Shown here: positions 39,204 to 48,651 of the stretch, piece by piece
Layout: each line of letters starts with the position of its first letter
How positions within the stretch are numbered: position 1 is the first letter of the stretch
Assembly (NCBI GenBank): GCA_040905465.1
Contig: JBBDRK010000072.1
Span: forward strand, 1-64,000
Length of the DNA: 64,000 nucleotides
Origin: Trueperaceae bacterium
Lineage (GTDB): Bacteria > Deinococcota > Deinococci > Deinococcales > Trueperaceae
Direction of reading: 5' to 3'
Notes under the pieces: model-generated
The model's input: only the letters and a program-made list of their open reading frames with translations
Databases searched by the model: none
Told to the model about the DNA's origin: nothing
Position numbers and translations under genes: made by a program

Positions 39204-41315
39204 GTGACGAGCATCGAACTCGAACTTCATGACGGCATAGCCGTCCTCCGGTTCCGACGGGACGGCGAGGGACCGAACCTGCTCGACCGAGGTGCGCTCG
39301 ACGCCCTCCCGCCGCTGCTCGAGCGGCTCGAGAGCGACCTGGAGATCGAAGGCGTAGTGGTGACCTCGAGAAATCCCGCCGGTTTCATGGCCGGTGCCGA
39401 CATCGCCCTCTTCGACGGCCTGAAGAGCCGCGAGGAGGCGCTCGAACTCGTTCTCCACGCTCAGAGCCTGGTCGAGCGGCTGGCCCGGCTCCCCAAACCG
39501 GCGGTAGCCGCCATCCACGGTCCCTGCGCCGGCGGAGGCCTCGAGCTGGCGCTGGCCTGCGACTATCGCCTGGCGAGCATCCACGCGAGCACCAGCCTCT
39601 CGCTGCCCGAAGTCCGGCTGGGGCTGCTGCCGGCCCTGGGAGGGACCCAGCGTCTGCCGAGGCTGATCGGCCTGGCCCCAGCGCTCGAACTTCTGCTGAC
39701 CGGCAGGTCGCTCTACGCCCGGCCGGCACGACGCTCAGGGCTGGTCGACGCCACCGTGCACCATGAGGGACTCGAAGAGGCGGCCATCCGGACCGCGCGC
39801 GAGCTGGCTAGCCGTAGCGCGGTCTCCCGAGAGGCGAGCGGAGACCGCCCCAAGCGCCACGTCTGGTCGCGGCTGCTGGAGAGCGCGCCGGGCCGTGAAC
39901 TGGTCTACCGCCGCGCGGGGCAGGAGGCACGGAAGCAGGGCCGCGGAAACTACCCGGCGCCGCCGCGGATCATCGAGACGGTCCGGCGCAGCTTCGGCGG
40001 TCCGCTCGGCGAGGGCCTGCGACTGGAGTCCGAAGCGTTCGTGGACCTGCTCTTCAGCGCCGAATCGCGCGCCCTGCGGCACCTGTTCTTCGTCAGGACG
40101 CGAACCCGCAGGCAGCCGTTCCGCGCGGAGGCTCGCCCAGTGAAGCGAATCGCGGTCCTGGGTGCCGGCCTGATGGGCGCCGGAATCGCCCAGGTGAGCT
40201 CGCATCCCGGCGGCTATGCTGTCCTGCTCACGGACCGATCCTTGGAACTGGCGGCGCGAGGGAAAGCGGCCGCCCATGAAGGGCTGAGCGAGCGGCTGGG
40301 CAAGGGCCTGACCCGCTTCGAGATCGACTCGGCGGCGGAGCGAGTGGTGCCCGCTGCCGGTTACGAGCGCTTCGGCAGCGTGGACCTCACGATCGAGGCC
40401 GTTCTCGAAGACCTCGACCTGAAGCGCCGGGTGTTGAATGAGACCGAAGCGGTCGCCCGGGATGACCACGTTTTCGCCAGCAACACCTCCTCACTGCCGA
40501 TCTCCCGACTGGCCGAGGGAGCGGCCAGGCCGGAGAACGTCGTGGGCATGCACTACTTCTCCCCGGTCCCCAAGATGCCGTTGCTCGAAGTCGTGCGCGG
40601 CACCGCTACTTCCGGCGAAGCGCTGGCGACGGCCGTAAGCGTCGGCTTGCGCCAGGGCAAGTCGGTGATAGTGGTAGGCGACTCGCCCGGCTTCTACGTC
40701 AACCGCATCCTCGCTCCATACTTGAACGAAGCGCTGTTGCTGGTGCGCGAGGGGGCGGCAATCGCCGAGGTGGATCGGGCTATGGAGGACGGCGGTTTTC
40801 CGGTCGGCCCGTTTCGCCTGCTGGACAATGTCGGGCTCGAGGTAGCCGCCAAGGTCACCGGCGTACTGGCGCCGCTGTTCGCCGAGCGCGGAGTGCGACT
40901 CGACGAGTTCGCCGGCCGCCTGGCGGAGTCCGGCATGACCGGACGGAAGGCGGGCGCCGGCTTCTACAGCTATCCCAAGTCGGGCCGGCGCCGACCGAAC
41001 CAGGAGGCCTACCGGTTGCTGGGAGCGCGAGAGCGCAGGACCGTTCCCCCAGACGATATCCGGGCTCGACTGCTCCTGGCGCTGGTCAACGAGGCGCAGC
41101 ACTGCCTGGACGAGAAGATCATCTCTTCGCGGGACGACGGAGACGCCGGGGCCGTGTTCGGCATCGGATTCCCGCCGTTTCTCGGCGGGCCGTTCCACTA
41201 CATCGCTGTCGAGGGCGGCCGGCGCGTCCGCGAGCGGCTTGAAGCGCTACAGGCAAGCCACGGCGAGCGGTTCAAGCCGGCGGACGGCTTGGTAACGCCG
41301 GCCGTCGAGGGGTAA
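39204..41315 (+). CDS. fadJ: Fatty acid oxidation complex alpha subunit (enoyl-CoA hydratase/3-hydroxyacyl-CoA dehydrogenase)
   Basis: GGGLELALAC, PEVRLGLLP, GAGLMGAG, SNTSSL, GMHYFSP, and GIGFPPFLGGP. Confidence 0.92.
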   Translation: MTSIELELHDGIAVLRFRRDGEGPNLLDRGALDALPPLLERLESDLEIEGVVVTSRNPAGFMAGADIALFDGLKSREEALELVLHAQSLVERLARLPKPAVAAIHGPCAGGGLELALACDYRLASIHASTSLSLPEVRLGLLPALGGTQRLPRLIGLAPALELLLTGRSLYARPARRSGLVDATVHHEGLEEAAIRTARELASRSAVSREASGDRPKRHVWSRLLESAPGRELVYRRAGQEARKQGRGNYPAPPRIIETVRRSFGGPLGEGLRLESEAFVDLLFSAESRALRHLFFVRTRTRRQPFRAEARPVKRIAVLGAGLMGAGIAQVSSHPGGYAVLLTDRSLELAARGKAAAHEGLSERLGKGLTRFEIDSAAERVVPAAGYERFGSVDLTIEAVLEDLDLKRRVLNETEAVARDDHVFASNTSSLPISRLAEGAARPENVVGMHYFSPVPKMPLLEVVRGTATSGEALATAVSVGLRQGKSVIVVGDSPGFYVNRILAPYLNEALLLVREGAAIAEVDRAMEDGGFPVGPFRLLDNVGLEVAAKVTGVLAPLFAERGVRLDEFAGRLAESGMTGRKAGAGFYSYPKSGRRRPNQEAYRLLGARERRTVPPDDIRARLLLALVNEAQHCLDEKIISSRDDGDAGAVFGIGFPPFLGGPFHYIAVEGGRRVRERLEALQASHGERFKPADGLVTPAVEG

Positions 41316-41557
41316 GGCGGGGGTTTACCGCTAGGTGGGCCTGCAAAGCGCTTACTTGCGCAAAACCCAGACGATCCTGTGAACAGGTGCAACAAAAAAC
41401 GCGCCCACCGGCGCGCTTGCGTGCATTGTCTTCAAGATACCCCGGTATTCGCTATTCGTCAAGGGTTTGCGCTCGAGCCCGGTTCGCGACCAGGAAACCG
41501 GCATTTTTCGGACCGGAAAACGCCTTTTCCGACTCCCTACCAACGGCCTAGTCGATC

Positions 41558-41959
41558 CTACGAAGTCGTTCGCCCCACAAGCAAGGGCAGCAATATCAGC
41601 AGTGAATAGGCGATCCACAGAATCGGTTGGCTGAAGTGCTTCAACCCCTGGCCGACGAATCCGGCGACGACCACGACGTCGAACAGGAAGGCAGCGCTCG
41701 CGAACAGGAGGCCCAGGCGCAGACCTTGGCCGGCGCCGCCGCCCTCCAGGTGCAGGTAGCGCACCGCGAACAGGTAACCAAGGCCCACCCAGAAAACGAA
41801 AACGGGGAGCGCTACGGCCCAGTTGTTGGCCAGGTAAGGGAGGCTGCGGGCATTGCGCAGAGCCGGAACGTTTGCGGACAGGGCACCCCACACAAAACCG
41901 ACGGCCAGGATGACGAGGGTGAAGGTGAGTGCCCGCGACGGATGTGAGAGCCCAAACAC
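41558..41959 (-). CDS. Small hypothetical membrane protein
   Basis: 4 hydrophobic segments. Start uncertain; the surroundings are more AT-rich. Confidence 0.6.
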   Translation of the reverse strand: MFGLSHPSRALTFTLVILAVGFVWGALSANVPALRNARSLPYLANNWAVALPVFVFWVGLGYLFAVRYLHLEGGGAGQGLRLGLLFASAAFLFDVVVVAGFVGQGLKHFSQPILWIAYSLLILLPLLVGRTTS

Positions 41960-42259
41960 TCGCTGACTATATTATCTTTGTGCGATTCGGCGCGATATCC
42001 GTTGGCCCCGGGGCTGACAGCTACGCACCTGCCGAGCACGAGCAAGCGTATTATCACCAGCATGGCAGCCAGTCCCAGACCGGCCACTTAAAGACTTACA
42101 GGCGATTCAGTACGAGCCAGCGCTGAGCTTGAGAATGAGACAACCATAGCGCTCTCGTGCGAGGCGCTTGCGCAAAGGCTACTGAGAGAATGGGACTAGA
42201 CTTCGTGAGTCTTCATTGTGAGCATTGTCGGCGCGGTTTTCGTGGCACCCCCGGCTCGC

Positions 42260-42538
42260 TCAGCGCCGCTTGAAGAACTCGTGGAAGCGGTCGCTTCCGC
42301 TTTCCGGCGGTTCGTTGTGGTAGCGCATCGCCAGGGCCTTCTCCTCGAACTTCTCGAAAAAGGCGTCCCAGCCGATTCGTTCCAGGCCTTCGTCGCCTTC
42401 GAAGCCGATGCGCAGGACCCCGGGCTCCTCGCCGGAGTGGCTCCCCGTTACCGTCGCGGCGTACCCGTCTCGCTCCTCGGCCCAGCGGCGGATGGTGTCG
42501 TGATCGATGGTGACTCTGTGCTCTTCGGCGATGGTCAT
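42260..42538 (-). CDS. Conserved small hypothetical protein (T.DH..IRRWAEER family)
   Basis: SD ggagg, and IDHDTIRRWAEERDG...GVLRI.F...I.WD.FFEKFEE. Confidence 0.8.
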   Translation of the reverse strand: MTIAEEHRVTIDHDTIRRWAEERDGYAATVTGSHSGEEPGVLRIGFEGDEGLERIGWDAFFEKFEEKALAMRYHNEPPESGSDRFHEFFKRR

Positions 42539-42729
42539 TGCCGTCCTCCCAACGCTCTCGGCGGCGACACCGGTCCGTGTGGTCGCGGGGTGGTCGCGGT
42601 CCGGTGGTCGCGCCATCAACCGCCAGCCTACGAACGCGGGCGGGTCGAGAAAGTGGGCTGTCGACTGTTGAACGTTCCTCGCTCGGGCGGGAGTCCCGCG
42701 CGGCGCGGCCTGATCGGCGCAGCGGGCCG

Positions 42730-43425
42730 TTACGCCGGTCTCTCCTCCGGAGCGAAGCGCTGCAGGCCAGCCGCGTGCGCGTACATCAGACCGTGGGCGA
42801 TGGTCAGGAACGGCGCGACCCAGATGAAGCCGATTCCCAGCGTCAACAGCGAGACGATGGTCAGGACGGCGCTGACGAGCCAGAACAGCAGCAGCCGCCG
42901 GAAGTTGACGAAGAAGAGTTGCAACGACGCCCTCATCGCCGCGAACGGCGAGAGGTCGCGGTCGAGCATGTAGTAGCCGGCGAAGCCGAACATGGAACCC
43001 AGCACGATCAACACGATGACGACCAAGATCGTGGGCAACTGCCCGGCAATCGACAGGAACAGGACCGGAAGGAGGGCGATCACGGCGAAGCCCGGATAGT
43101 GGCCGATGTACTCCAGCAGAATTCTGTCGCTTACGGGTCGCCCGGCCGCGCGCCGCAGGGCGACAGCCGTGACGGCGATGGTAACGGGAAGCACTATGAG
43201 CGAGCTGACGGTGAGCCAGACCAGGTCGGGGCCTGTGCCCGCACGGCCGTCAGGCGTCGTGTAGCTTTCGATCGCGGCCAGCCCGAGGTGGACGAGCACA
43301 CCGAGCAGGCCAAGGACGAACACGGTGCGCTTGCTCCCCTTGATGAGCCCACGGGCCTCGCGCAGCACGGTCGGCAGGTCGAAGCGGCCGTCGGGCGACG
43401 GGGCGGTGATGGATTCAGTGGTCAC
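42730..43425 (-). CDS. Hypothetical integral membrane protein
   Basis: SD aggag, about 5 TM segments, and a LTLGIGFIW.APF C-terminal pattern. Confidence 0.7.
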   Translation of the reverse strand: MTTESITAPSPDGRFDLPTVLREARGLIKGSKRTVFVLGLLGVLVHLGLAAIESYTTPDGRAGTGPDLVWLTVSSLIVLPVTIAVTAVALRRAAGRPVSDRILLEYIGHYPGFAVIALLPVLFLSIAGQLPTILVVIVLIVLGSMFGFAGYYMLDRDLSPFAAMRASLQLFFVNFRRLLLFWLVSAVLTIVSLLTLGIGFIWVAPFLTIAHGLMYAHAAGLQRFAPEERPA

Positions 43426-43513
43426 GATGTCTCCTGTTCGCAGTCGCTAACTGCACCATAACCAGGCCGATAGCGTCGCGGTGTGGAGTTCTGCCGATCC
43501 GGGAGCCGCTTCA

Positions 43514-44725
43514 TTACTCTCCAAGGTGCCCGAGTTTCTCCCGCTTGGTCGACAGGTAACGCTCGTTATACGGATTCTCGCCCACGTTCAGCGGCACCCG
43601 CTCGGTGATGGCTATGCCGTAGCCGTCGAGCGCAGCCACTTTGCGGGGGTTGTTGGTCAGCAGGCGCAGTCGCCTTACCCCCAGGTCGTGCAGGATCTGA
43701 GCGCCGATGCCGTAGTCGCGCAGGTCGGCGGCGAAGCCGAGCCGCTCGTTCGCCTCGACCGTGTCGGCGCCGTCGTCCTGCAAACGGTAAGCGCGGATCT
43801 TGTTGAGAAGACCGATTCCGCGGCCCTCCTGGCGCAGGTACACCAGCACTCCCCGTCCTTCGTCGGCGATCGCCTTGAGAGCGGCGTCGCGCTGGAAGCC
43901 GCAGTCGCAGCGCAGGCTGTGCAGGGCGTCTCCCGTGAGGCACTCCGAATGCATTCGCACCAGCACCGGCTCACCGTCGCCGACGTCGCCCAGACTGAGG
44001 GCGATGTGCTCACTACCGCTCAACTCGTCGCGGTAGCCATGGATGGTGAACTCCGCCCAGGGGGTAGGCAGCCTCGCCGAGTCCACGCCACGGACGAAGG
44101 CATCGCGCTCGAGCCGGTAGGCGATCAGGTCGGCGATGGTTCCGACCTTCAGGTCGTGGCGTTGCGCGAAGTCGAGGATCTCCGGCAGCCGCATCATGCT
44201 TCCGTCGTCGTGCATGAGCTCGCTGAGGGCGGCCACCGGTTTGAAGCCGGCCAGGCGGCTGAGGTCGACCGCCGCCTCGGTATGTCCGGCCCTGCGCAGC
44301 ACACCGCCGTCACGTGCCCGAAGCGGGAACACGTGACCCGGTCGGGCCAGGTCCGCGGAGGTGACACCGTCCTTGACGGTAGTGCGGATGGTGGTCGCCC
44401 GGTCCTTGGCCGAGATGCCGGTGTCGATTCCCTCGGTCGCCTCGATCGAAACGGTGAAGGCGGTGCTGCGCTTGGCGGTGTTGTGCTGGACCATCGGCGG
44501 CAGATCGAGGTGGTCGGCCAGGTCATTGGTCATCGCCAGGCACACCACCCCACCGGTGTGGTGAATGGTGAAGGCGATCAGCTCCGGGGTAACGTTCTGC
44601 GCCGGGATGATGATGTCACCTTCGTTCTCGCGATCTTCGTCGTCGACCACGATCACGGGCCGGCCGCGGCGAAGCTCTTCGACCAGGGTGGCGACGTCGG
44701 CGAGGCGGGGGTCTCTAGGGGACAT
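43514..44725 (-). CDS. ribBA: Bifunctional DHBP synthase / GTP cyclohydrolase II
   Basis: [44 protein letters not shown], and TNNP.K. Confidence 0.96.
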   Translation of the reverse strand: MSPRDPRLADVATLVEELRRGRPVIVVDDEDRENEGDIIIPAQNVTPELIAFTIHHTGGVVCLAMTNDLADHLDLPPMVQHNTAKRSTAFTVSIEATEGIDTGISAKDRATTIRTTVKDGVTSADLARPGHVFPLRARDGGVLRRAGHTEAAVDLSRLAGFKPVAALSELMHDDGSMMRLPEILDFAQRHDLKVGTIADLIAYRLERDAFVRGVDSARLPTPWAEFTIHGYRDELSGSEHIALSLGDVGDGEPVLVRMHSECLTGDALHSLRCDCGFQRDAALKAIADEGRGVLVYLRQEGRGIGLLNKIRAYRLQDDGADTVEANERLGFAADLRDYGIGAQILHDLGVRRLRLLTNNPRKVAALDGYGIAITERVPLNVGENPYNERYLSTKREKLGHLGE

Positions 44726-45350
44726 TTTCGGGCTCCTTAACGAGCTGCAGTCGTTCGAGGTATTTCGCTATCAGGTCTGCTTCGAGGTTCACGGTGCTGC
44801 CGGGCGCGAGCTCGCCCAGGGTGGTGGCGCCCTGGGTGTGGGGGATCAGCCAGAGCGTGAATTCGGACGGAGCCAGCCGCGCATCGGTGCCGGCCGGCCC
44901 GCCGACGTCGACGACCGTCAGGCTCACGCCGTCGACCGTCACGCTACCCTTGGGAATCAGGTAGCCCGCCAGGCGCTGGGGGGCGCGCACGGTCAGCACG
45001 AACGCTCCCGGCTCGCGCCGCACCGTGAGCACCTCGCCGACACCTTCGACGTGTCCGCTTACCACGTGGCCGCCGAAGCGGCCGTTGGCCGCCATGGCCC
45101 GCTCGAGGTTCACCCGTGCTCCGGCCTGCCAGCGCGGCGCGGTCTTGGCGACCGTCTCTTGCGACAACTCCGCCGAGAAACCTGCGCCGTCGACCTCGGT
45201 GGCCGTGAGGCAACAGCCGGAAACGGCGATCGAGTCCCCCACGGTGAGGTCCTGGGTAACCAGGCGGGCGGCGACGCGGATACGCAGGTCGCCGTTGCCG
45301 CCGTGGGCCTCGACCACCGTTCCGACCTCTTCGATGATGCCGGTGAACAT
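44715..45350 (-). CDS. ribE: Riboflavin synthase (alpha chain)
   Basis: [28 protein letters not shown], and GVSLTV. Confidence 0.95.
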   Translation of the reverse strand: MFTGIIEEVGTVVEAHGGNGDLRIRVAARLVTQDLTVGDSIAVSGCCLTATEVDGAGFSAELSQETVAKTAPRWQAGARVNLERAMAANGRFGGHVVSGHVEGVGEVLTVRREPGAFVLTVRAPQRLAGYLIPKGSVTVDGVSLTVVDVGGPAGTDARLAPSEFTLWLIPHTQGATTLGELAPGSTVNLEADLIAKYLERLQLVKEPENVP

Positions 45351-46702
45351 CAGGTCGCCTCCGTGTCGTCAGCCGCGGCCGGTCGGACGGCCGGTCCGGC
45401 GGCCGGAGTACTCTTCGACTCCGACCCGGCGACTGTGCCCGCCGCTTCGCTCGTCTCCACGGTTTGCGAGGAAGTCTGCGACGACGACCTCAGCGAGGAC
45501 GCTTGCGAGGACCTCTGCGAGGGCGACTGCGATGACGACTGCGATGACGTCTGCGAGGACGTCGACGAGGTCGGCTGGTAGCGAACGCCTCCTGTCACCA
45601 GGAGGTCACCGCCTATCAGTTCGGTACGCATGGCCTCGAGCTCGAGCGCGTCCGCCATCGCGTTCATCCCCAGACCGCCGAGAGGCGTCGCTCCGGAGCC
45701 GCCCAGGAGCTTCGGGCCGATGAACCAGGCCACCTGATCGACCGCTTCGGCTTCCAGGAACGACCACGCCAGCGTGCCCCCTCCTTCGAGGAGCAAGCTG
45801 CGTACACCGCGCTCCCTCAACGCCCGCAACGCCTCGGTCACCAGCGCCCGGCCCCGTTGGGCAGAGACAGTGATCACCTCGGCACCTGCCGCCCGTAGCG
45901 CCTCGAGGCGGCCGGCCGGGGCCTTGTCGGTGACGAACAGGACGACTCTAGGTGCCTCGCCCTTCCGGTCGGGTGCGAAGAGGCCGGCGTCGGGCGGCGT
46001 GCGGCCGACCGAGTCGAACACCACCTTCACGGGAGTGCGGCCGTCGTCGACTCGGGCGGTGAGCAGCGGATCGTCGAGAAGTACCGTGTTGATACCGACG
46101 GCTACCGCATCCAGCCGCGAGCGCCAGCGCTGAACCAGCTCACGGGCCGCCTCGCCGGTGATCCACCGCGACTGGCCGCTTCGGGTGGCGATCTTGCCGT
46201 CGAGGGTCATGGCCGTCTTGTAGAGGACGAACGGCCGGCCGGATCGTTGCATGCGCAGGTAGGCCGCATTGAGGGCGTCGGCTTCGTCCCGCAGGACTCC
46301 CTCTACAACCGTGATCCCGGCCTCCTGCAGGCGCCTGACCCCGCTTCCGGCCACGCGTGGGTCCGGGTCGAACCCGGCGATAACCACTCGTCTCACGCCG
46401 GCGCTGATGAGCGCCTCGGTGCAGGGCGGGGTGTTGCCGTGGTGGTTGCAGGGCTCGAGCGTCACGTAGACGGTCGCCCCACGCGCCAGTTCGCCGGCCG
46501 CCGCCAGCGCGCGCGTTTCGGCGTGGTCGTCGCCGGCTCGCTCGTGCCAGCCCTCGCCGACTATCCCGCTGCTCTCGCGCACCAGGACGCAGCCGACCAT
46601 GGGGTTGGGCAGCGTGGTGGAGCGGCCCAACTCGGCCAGCTCCAGGGCGCGCGACATGAAGCGCTCGTGCTCGCCGACCGGCTCCCCGCCTCCGCCCGTC
46701 AT
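45350..46702 (-). CDS. ribD: Bifunctional pyrimidine deaminase/reductase with S/Q-rich tail
   Basis: PNPMVG, HAE, TLEPCNH...TPPC, TLDGKIA, DDPLLTAR, and EGGG. Confidence 0.95.
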   Translation of the reverse strand: MTGGGGEPVGEHERFMSRALELAELGRSTTLPNPMVGCVLVRESSGIVGEGWHERAGDDHAETRALAAAGELARGATVYVTLEPCNHHGNTPPCTEALISAGVRRVVIAGFDPDPRVAGSGVRRLQEAGITVVEGVLRDEADALNAAYLRMQRSGRPFVLYKTAMTLDGKIATRSGQSRWITGEAARELVQRWRSRLDAVAVGINTVLLDDPLLTARVDDGRTPVKVVFDSVGRTPPDAGLFAPDRKGEAPRVVLFVTDKAPAGRLEALRAAGAEVITVSAQRGRALVTEALRALRERGVRSLLLEGGGTLAWSFLEAEAVDQVAWFIGPKLLGGSGATPLGGLGMNAMADALELEAMRTELIGGDLLVTGGVRYQPTSSTSSQTSSQSSSQSPSQRSSQASSLRSSSQTSSQTVETSEAAGTVAGSESKSTPAAGPAVRPAAADDTEAT

Positions 46703-46816
46703 ACCCGGGCCGCCGGTTCGCCGGCCGGCATCTGGCAAAGCCGGACCGTTATCGATTCAGTACCGTGCATCTCAATGCCGGATGCTGTAGCCATATCTGG
46801 CCACGCCTCGGCTCAC

Positions 46817-46968
46817 CTCCTTCTTCCATCCGGACTATCACCGTCGGTGCCGGACTTACACCGGCTCGGGCGCCACGCTGTCGTGGAGCTTCGCGGACTT
46901 CGGCACGCTTTTACTGATAGCGTGGCCGTCACCGCCGGTAGGGATTTTCACCCTGCCCCGAAGGATCG
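46817..46968 (-). promoter_or_regulatory. FMN riboswitch (RFN element)
   Basis: Minus strand reads ccttcggggcagggtgaaaatccctaccggcggt...agtccgcga...gagccggtgtaagtccggcaccgacggtgatagtccggatggaagaagg, directly upstream of ribD. Confidence 0.96.
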
Positions 46969-47107
46969 GTTTGTGGCGGGCGGTGCCCGCACCACAAGTA
47001 TAGTGCTCTACTGCGAGGCGAACGTGTCGCACGCCTGGGGGTCGAGTTCGGGACCTCTGCCACCACACCTGAGGCCGCGCGCTAGCGTATCGGTTACAGT
47101 GCCCCGC

Positions 47108-47998
47108 ATGGTCCGGCTCATGGCCCTGTTCGGGGCGATCTGCATCTCGTTCTCGGCGATCTTCGTCGGCATGGCCGACGTTGCCCCTGCTACCGCCACG
47201 TTCTTCCGAACCGCCTACGCACTGCCACTCCTGTTCGTGATCTGGTGGCGGGTTCGCGGCCGCGACCGGCGCTCGCCGCCGATGCGTCGTCTTGCCTTCG
47301 TGAGCGGGCTGCTCCTGGGCGCCGACTTCACTCTCTGGCACTTCTCGATCGATTCCATCGGCGCCGGGTTGGCGACCGTCCTCGCCAACACCCAAGTGTT
47401 GTTCGTCGGCCTGATCGCCTGGTTCCTGCATGGCGAGCGGCCGCGGCCGCTGGCATTGGCCCTCGTTCCGGTGGTGTTCCTGGGGGTAGTGCTGTTGTCC
47501 GGCCTGGGCGGGGCAGATGCCTACGGCAGCAATCCGTTTGCCGGGGTTCTATTCGGGGTGGGCGCCGGCCTGGCCTACAGTGGGTTCCTGGTGGCGCTGC
47601 GCCGCTCGAACCGGGTCCTGGCTCCGGCCTCCGGGCCGCTGCTGGACGCTACCCTGGGAGCGATGCTGGGTACTGCCGCGGTCGGTCTCGCCGGCGGCCC
47701 GTCGCTCGAACTGGCGCCGGTGTGGCCGGCTCACGGCTGGCTGCTCACGCTGGCGGTAGTTTCGCAGGTGGTCGGTTGGCTGTCGATAACCACCGCCCTG
47801 CCCAGGCTGCCGGCGCTCGAGACATCGATCGTGCTCCTGGCGCAACCGATGGGGTCGGTGCTGTGGAGCCGGCTGATATTCGGGGAGAACCTGTCGTTCG
47901 TCCAGTGGGCGGGGGTGGCACTGGTGCTGGCAGGCGTGACGCTCCTGAGCATGAGGTGGGGTGAGCGGCGAGCGAGCCGCAAGGTGGTGCCGGCATGA
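47108..47998 (+). CDS. DMT/EamA family transporter
   Basis: About 10 TM segments, ISFSAIFV, ATVLANTQ, and LLAQP. Leaderless-type TACAGT 7 nt upstream. Confidence 0.88.
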   Translation: MVRLMALFGAICISFSAIFVGMADVAPATATFFRTAYALPLLFVIWWRVRGRDRRSPPMRRLAFVSGLLLGADFTLWHFSIDSIGAGLATVLANTQVLFVGLIAWFLHGERPRPLALALVPVVFLGVVLLSGLGGADAYGSNPFAGVLFGVGAGLAYSGFLVALRRSNRVLAPASGPLLDATLGAMLGTAAVGLAGGPSLELAPVWPAHGWLLTLAVVSQVVGWLSITTALPRLPALETSIVLLAQPMGSVLWSRLIFGENLSFVQWAGVALVLAGVTLLSMRWGERRASRKVVPA

Positions 47999-48636
47999 AG
48001 AAGCTGCCCGAGTTGTTCGAGCGCAACCGAAGGTGGTCGGAGCGCATGCGACGCGACGATGCGCAGGCCTTCGAGCGGCTGGCGGCGGTTCAGCGGCCCG
48101 ATTACCTGTGGATCGGCTGTTCCGACTCGCGGGTTCCCGCCAACCAGATCGTGGATCTGCCGCCGGGCGAGGTGTTCGTTCACCGCAACGTCGCCAACGT
48201 GGCGCCGCACGCCGACATGAACATGCTTTCGGTTCTCGAGTACGCCGTCGACGTGCTCGGGGTTCGCCACGTGATCGTCTGCGGCCATTACGGGTGTGGC
48301 GGAGTGGCCGCGGCGCTGGCCCCGGCCCGGCCCGACATGCTGGTGGACAACTGGTTGCGGCACGTCCGCGACGTTGCCCATCAGCACCGCGAGACACTGG
48401 AGGGATTGACGCCCCACGACCGAGCACGCCGGCTGGCCGAGCTGAACGCCGTGGCGCAGGCGCGCAACGTCTGCCATACCAGCATCGTGCAGGGAGCGTG
48501 GGCACGGGAGCGCGAACTCACGGTGCATGCCTGGATCTACGGGCTCGAAGACGGGCTGTTGCGCGACCTCGATTTCGCGGTCTCGGCGATCTCCGAGATA
48601 GACGCCAGCTACCGGGTTGCGACCGAGCCGCGGTGA
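47995..48636 (+). CDS. can: Beta-class carbonic anhydrase
   Basis: WIGCSDSRVP, FVHRNVAN, and VCGHYGCGG. Confidence 0.95.
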   Translation: MKKLPELFERNRRWSERMRRDDAQAFERLAAVQRPDYLWIGCSDSRVPANQIVDLPPGEVFVHRNVANVAPHADMNMLSVLEYAVDVLGVRHVIVCGHYGCGGVAAALAPARPDMLVDNWLRHVRDVAHQHRETLEGLTPHDRARRLAELNAVAQARNVCHTSIVQGAWARERELTVHAWIYGLEDGLLRDLDFAVSAISEIDASYRVATEPR

Positions 48637-48651
48637 GCCGGAGCGTAACCT

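Noticed and set aside
41960-42220. AT-richer segment with short hydrophobic ORF 41812-42087
   Set aside because: It overlaps the better-supported membrane ORF in another frame. Probably a remnant, with no supportable call.
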